Part shown: positions 62,523 to 64,000 of the stretch, piece by piece | Layout of the letters: each line of letters starts with the position of its first letter | Numbering within the stretch: position 1 is the stretch's first letter | Source: Opitutales bacterium | GTDB lineage: Bacteria > Verrucomicrobiota > Verrucomicrobiia > Opitutales > PNEW01 | Reading direction: 5' to 3' | NCBI GenBank assembly: GCA_965197745.1 | Contig: CBDANS010000007.1 | Coordinates: forward strand, 512,001 to 576,000 | Length of the DNA stretch: 64,000 nt | The notes under the pieces: generated by a model | What the model was told of the DNA's origin: nothing | The model's database searches: none | Seen by the model: only the letters and a program-made list of their open reading frames with translations | Translations under genes and position numbers: made by a program

Positions 62523-62984
62523 ATGATCAATATACAAAAAATTCTCTATCCGACTGATTTTTCAGAATACGCAGACTATGCGCGGCCGTATGCGATTGAA
62601 CTGGCTAAAAAATTTAAGGCGCAGATGATCGTTCAACATGTAATTGAATTTCCTACAATTTACATGTCATATGGTTATGGCGCTGAGTTTAACACTATTG
62701 TTACACAGGTACAGGACGATGGGCAGAAGCGGATGGAAGCGTTTGAGAAAAAAATTGAAGATGAGGGCATTTCCGTTCAATCTGAAATTAGCAGGGGCAG
62801 CCCTTTTTATGAAATCGTTACTACCGCGCGCAAACTTGAGGTAGATTTAATTGTGATAGCAACTCATGGACACGGAGCGGTAAAACATATGCTGATGGGT
62901 AACACCGCAGAAAAAGTAGTGCGTAAGGCATCCTGTCCGGTTCTTACGATCCGTCATCCCGAGCACGAATTCATCCATCCATGA
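62523..62984 (+). CDS. Universal stress protein
   Basis: ILYPTDFS, DLIVIATHG, MGNTAEKVVRKASCPVL. Confidence 0.92.
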   Translation: MINIQKILYPTDFSEYADYARPYAIELAKKFKAQMIVQHVIEFPTIYMSYGYGAEFNTIVTQVQDDGQKRMEAFEKKIEDEGISVQSEISRGSPFYEIVTTARKLEVDLIVIATHGHGAVKHMLMGNTAEKVVRKASCPVLTIRHPEHEFIHP

Positions 62985-63156
62985 TATATTAATAATTAGT
63001 CGCACAACTAAGCTTGTCTTAGCTGCTTCAATATAATATCTATTCTCTAATAGTTTCTTCGAAGAGTTTTTATGACGGATAGTTTAATTTCATAGGAATA
63101 GTTAAATGAGAGGAGCCTTTACGCAGATTGGGATTAATAAAATTTAATAAATTTTC

Positions 63157-64000
63157 ATGCTTCCCTCCGACTTTGAAGCGTTATTAGATCAAGTAAATTT
63201 CAGGAGCCCTGCTGACGTGCGCAAGCGACTGCTTGAATTGGCTGGCGATGATGGGGATACGCTTGCCCTTGTTCGCATAACTGAGGAACTGAGTGATTCA
63301 TTGAAGGGGTCCCCGGATCCTGATTCAGCACTTATTCATTTAGACCGGTTTACTCAAGCTCGGGGTTCAAAATGGGAATTATACCAATATTTCTCAGAGC
63401 ACCCGGCGGCGTTGGAATCTTTTATCGCGATAGTGTCGTCTAGCAACTATCTAGCCGACGTGCTCGTGCGAAACCCTGAATATCTTCCACTTATATACGA
63501 TACTTCTCTCTTGAGCAGGATTAAAACGAAAGAGCAATTCCATGAAGAGTTAGAGGAACTAAGTGCAGCATTCCAGACGAGCGCGGCCAGGCTTGACTCT
63601 CTTCGCAGGTATCGCCGCCAGGAAATTCTGCGAATTGGGTCAGCTGATATCCTGGGTCATTACGATTTACAAACAGTCACAGAGCAACTATCGCGTCTTG
63701 CCGATGTTGTCGTAGAAATATGTCTGTGCGAAGTAAGCAATGAATATGATGATATAGGATTCTTTGTCTTAGCATTAGGCAAATTAGGTGGGAACGAACT
63801 GAATTATAGTTCAGATATAGATTTAATATACGTCACGGAAAATTTTGACTACCTCGACAAGGCAACACTGATAGCGAGGGAATTAACCCAGGTCCTGGGA
63901 GAATTTACTTCAGAAGGTTTTCTTTACCGGGTTGACTTGAGATTGCGTCCATATGCCTCTTCGGGTGCCTTGATCGTCTCGACTGGGATGCTGGAAGAAT
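63157..64000 (+). CDS. glnE: Glutamine synthetase adenylyltransferase (partial, runs off the window)
   Basis: Manual translation from ATG 63157: SPDPDSALIHLDRF, ALGKLGGNELNYSSDIDL, YRVDLRLRP. Confidence 0.9.
   Translation, partial: MLPSDFEALLDQVNFRSPADVRKRLLELAGDDGDTLALVRITEELSDSLKGSPDPDSALIHLDRFTQARGSKWELYQYFSEHPAALESFIAIVSSSNYLADVLVRNPEYLPLIYDTSLLSRIKTKEQFHEELEELSAAFQTSAARLDSLRRYRRQEILRIGSADILGHYDLQTVTEQLSRLADVVVEICLCEVSNEYDDIGFFVLALGKLGGNELNYSSDIDLIYVTENFDYLDKATLIARELTQVLGEFTSEGFLYRVDLRLRPYASSGALIVSTGMLEE

Noticed and set aside
233..62844. Many short ORFs overlapping or antisense to the called genes, and long N-terminal extensions (11596, 14207, 27615, 33057, 43709)
   Set aside because: No recognisable motifs; they are shadows of well-supported genes, or extensions overlapping the neighbouring CDS

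Overview
This is a roughly 45% GC bacterial chromosomal window. It is most consistent with Verrucomicrobiota (Opitutales-like), an inference from the DUF5069 protein, the three-gene sdhCAB and the paired exbD genes. I found no rRNA, tRNA, CRISPR array, integrase or transposase. 0.3-8.4 kb: an accessory catabolic locus with a divergent DUF2961/GH172-like secreted enzyme, a sodium:solute symporter, a TauD-family dioxygenase and two tandem 529-aa beta-propeller glycosidase-like paralogues. 8.4-28.7 kb: orphan receiver, esterase, GldAFG-like ABC system plus DUF4340, TRAP transporter-Ldh2-lhgO operon, sdhCAB, GH127-like protein, vapBC and a methyltransferase. 29-46.7 kb: two exbD, argH, an amber-interrupted DUF4412 gene, yyaL, mutL, glgP and other housekeeping genes. 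46.7-52.5 kb: B12 uptake (btuFDC, btuB under a cobalamin riboswitch with a visible attenuator, pduO). 55.8-62.3 kb: nirK-cytochrome c / FGE-domain / SCO / porin operon, a PocR-AraC regulator and two small RsbRD_N-like proteins. The window ends in a partial glnE. The most unusual signals are (i) heptamer repeat tracts that form -35/17 bp/-10 geometry with the start codon at the predicted +1, with one paralogue short by one unit, (ii) several enzymes with substituted catalytic motifs (GH172-like, GH127-like, serine hydrolase, MutL) and (iii) an uncharacterised regulatory module beside nirK. Family assignments come from motif recognition by eye; no searches were run.
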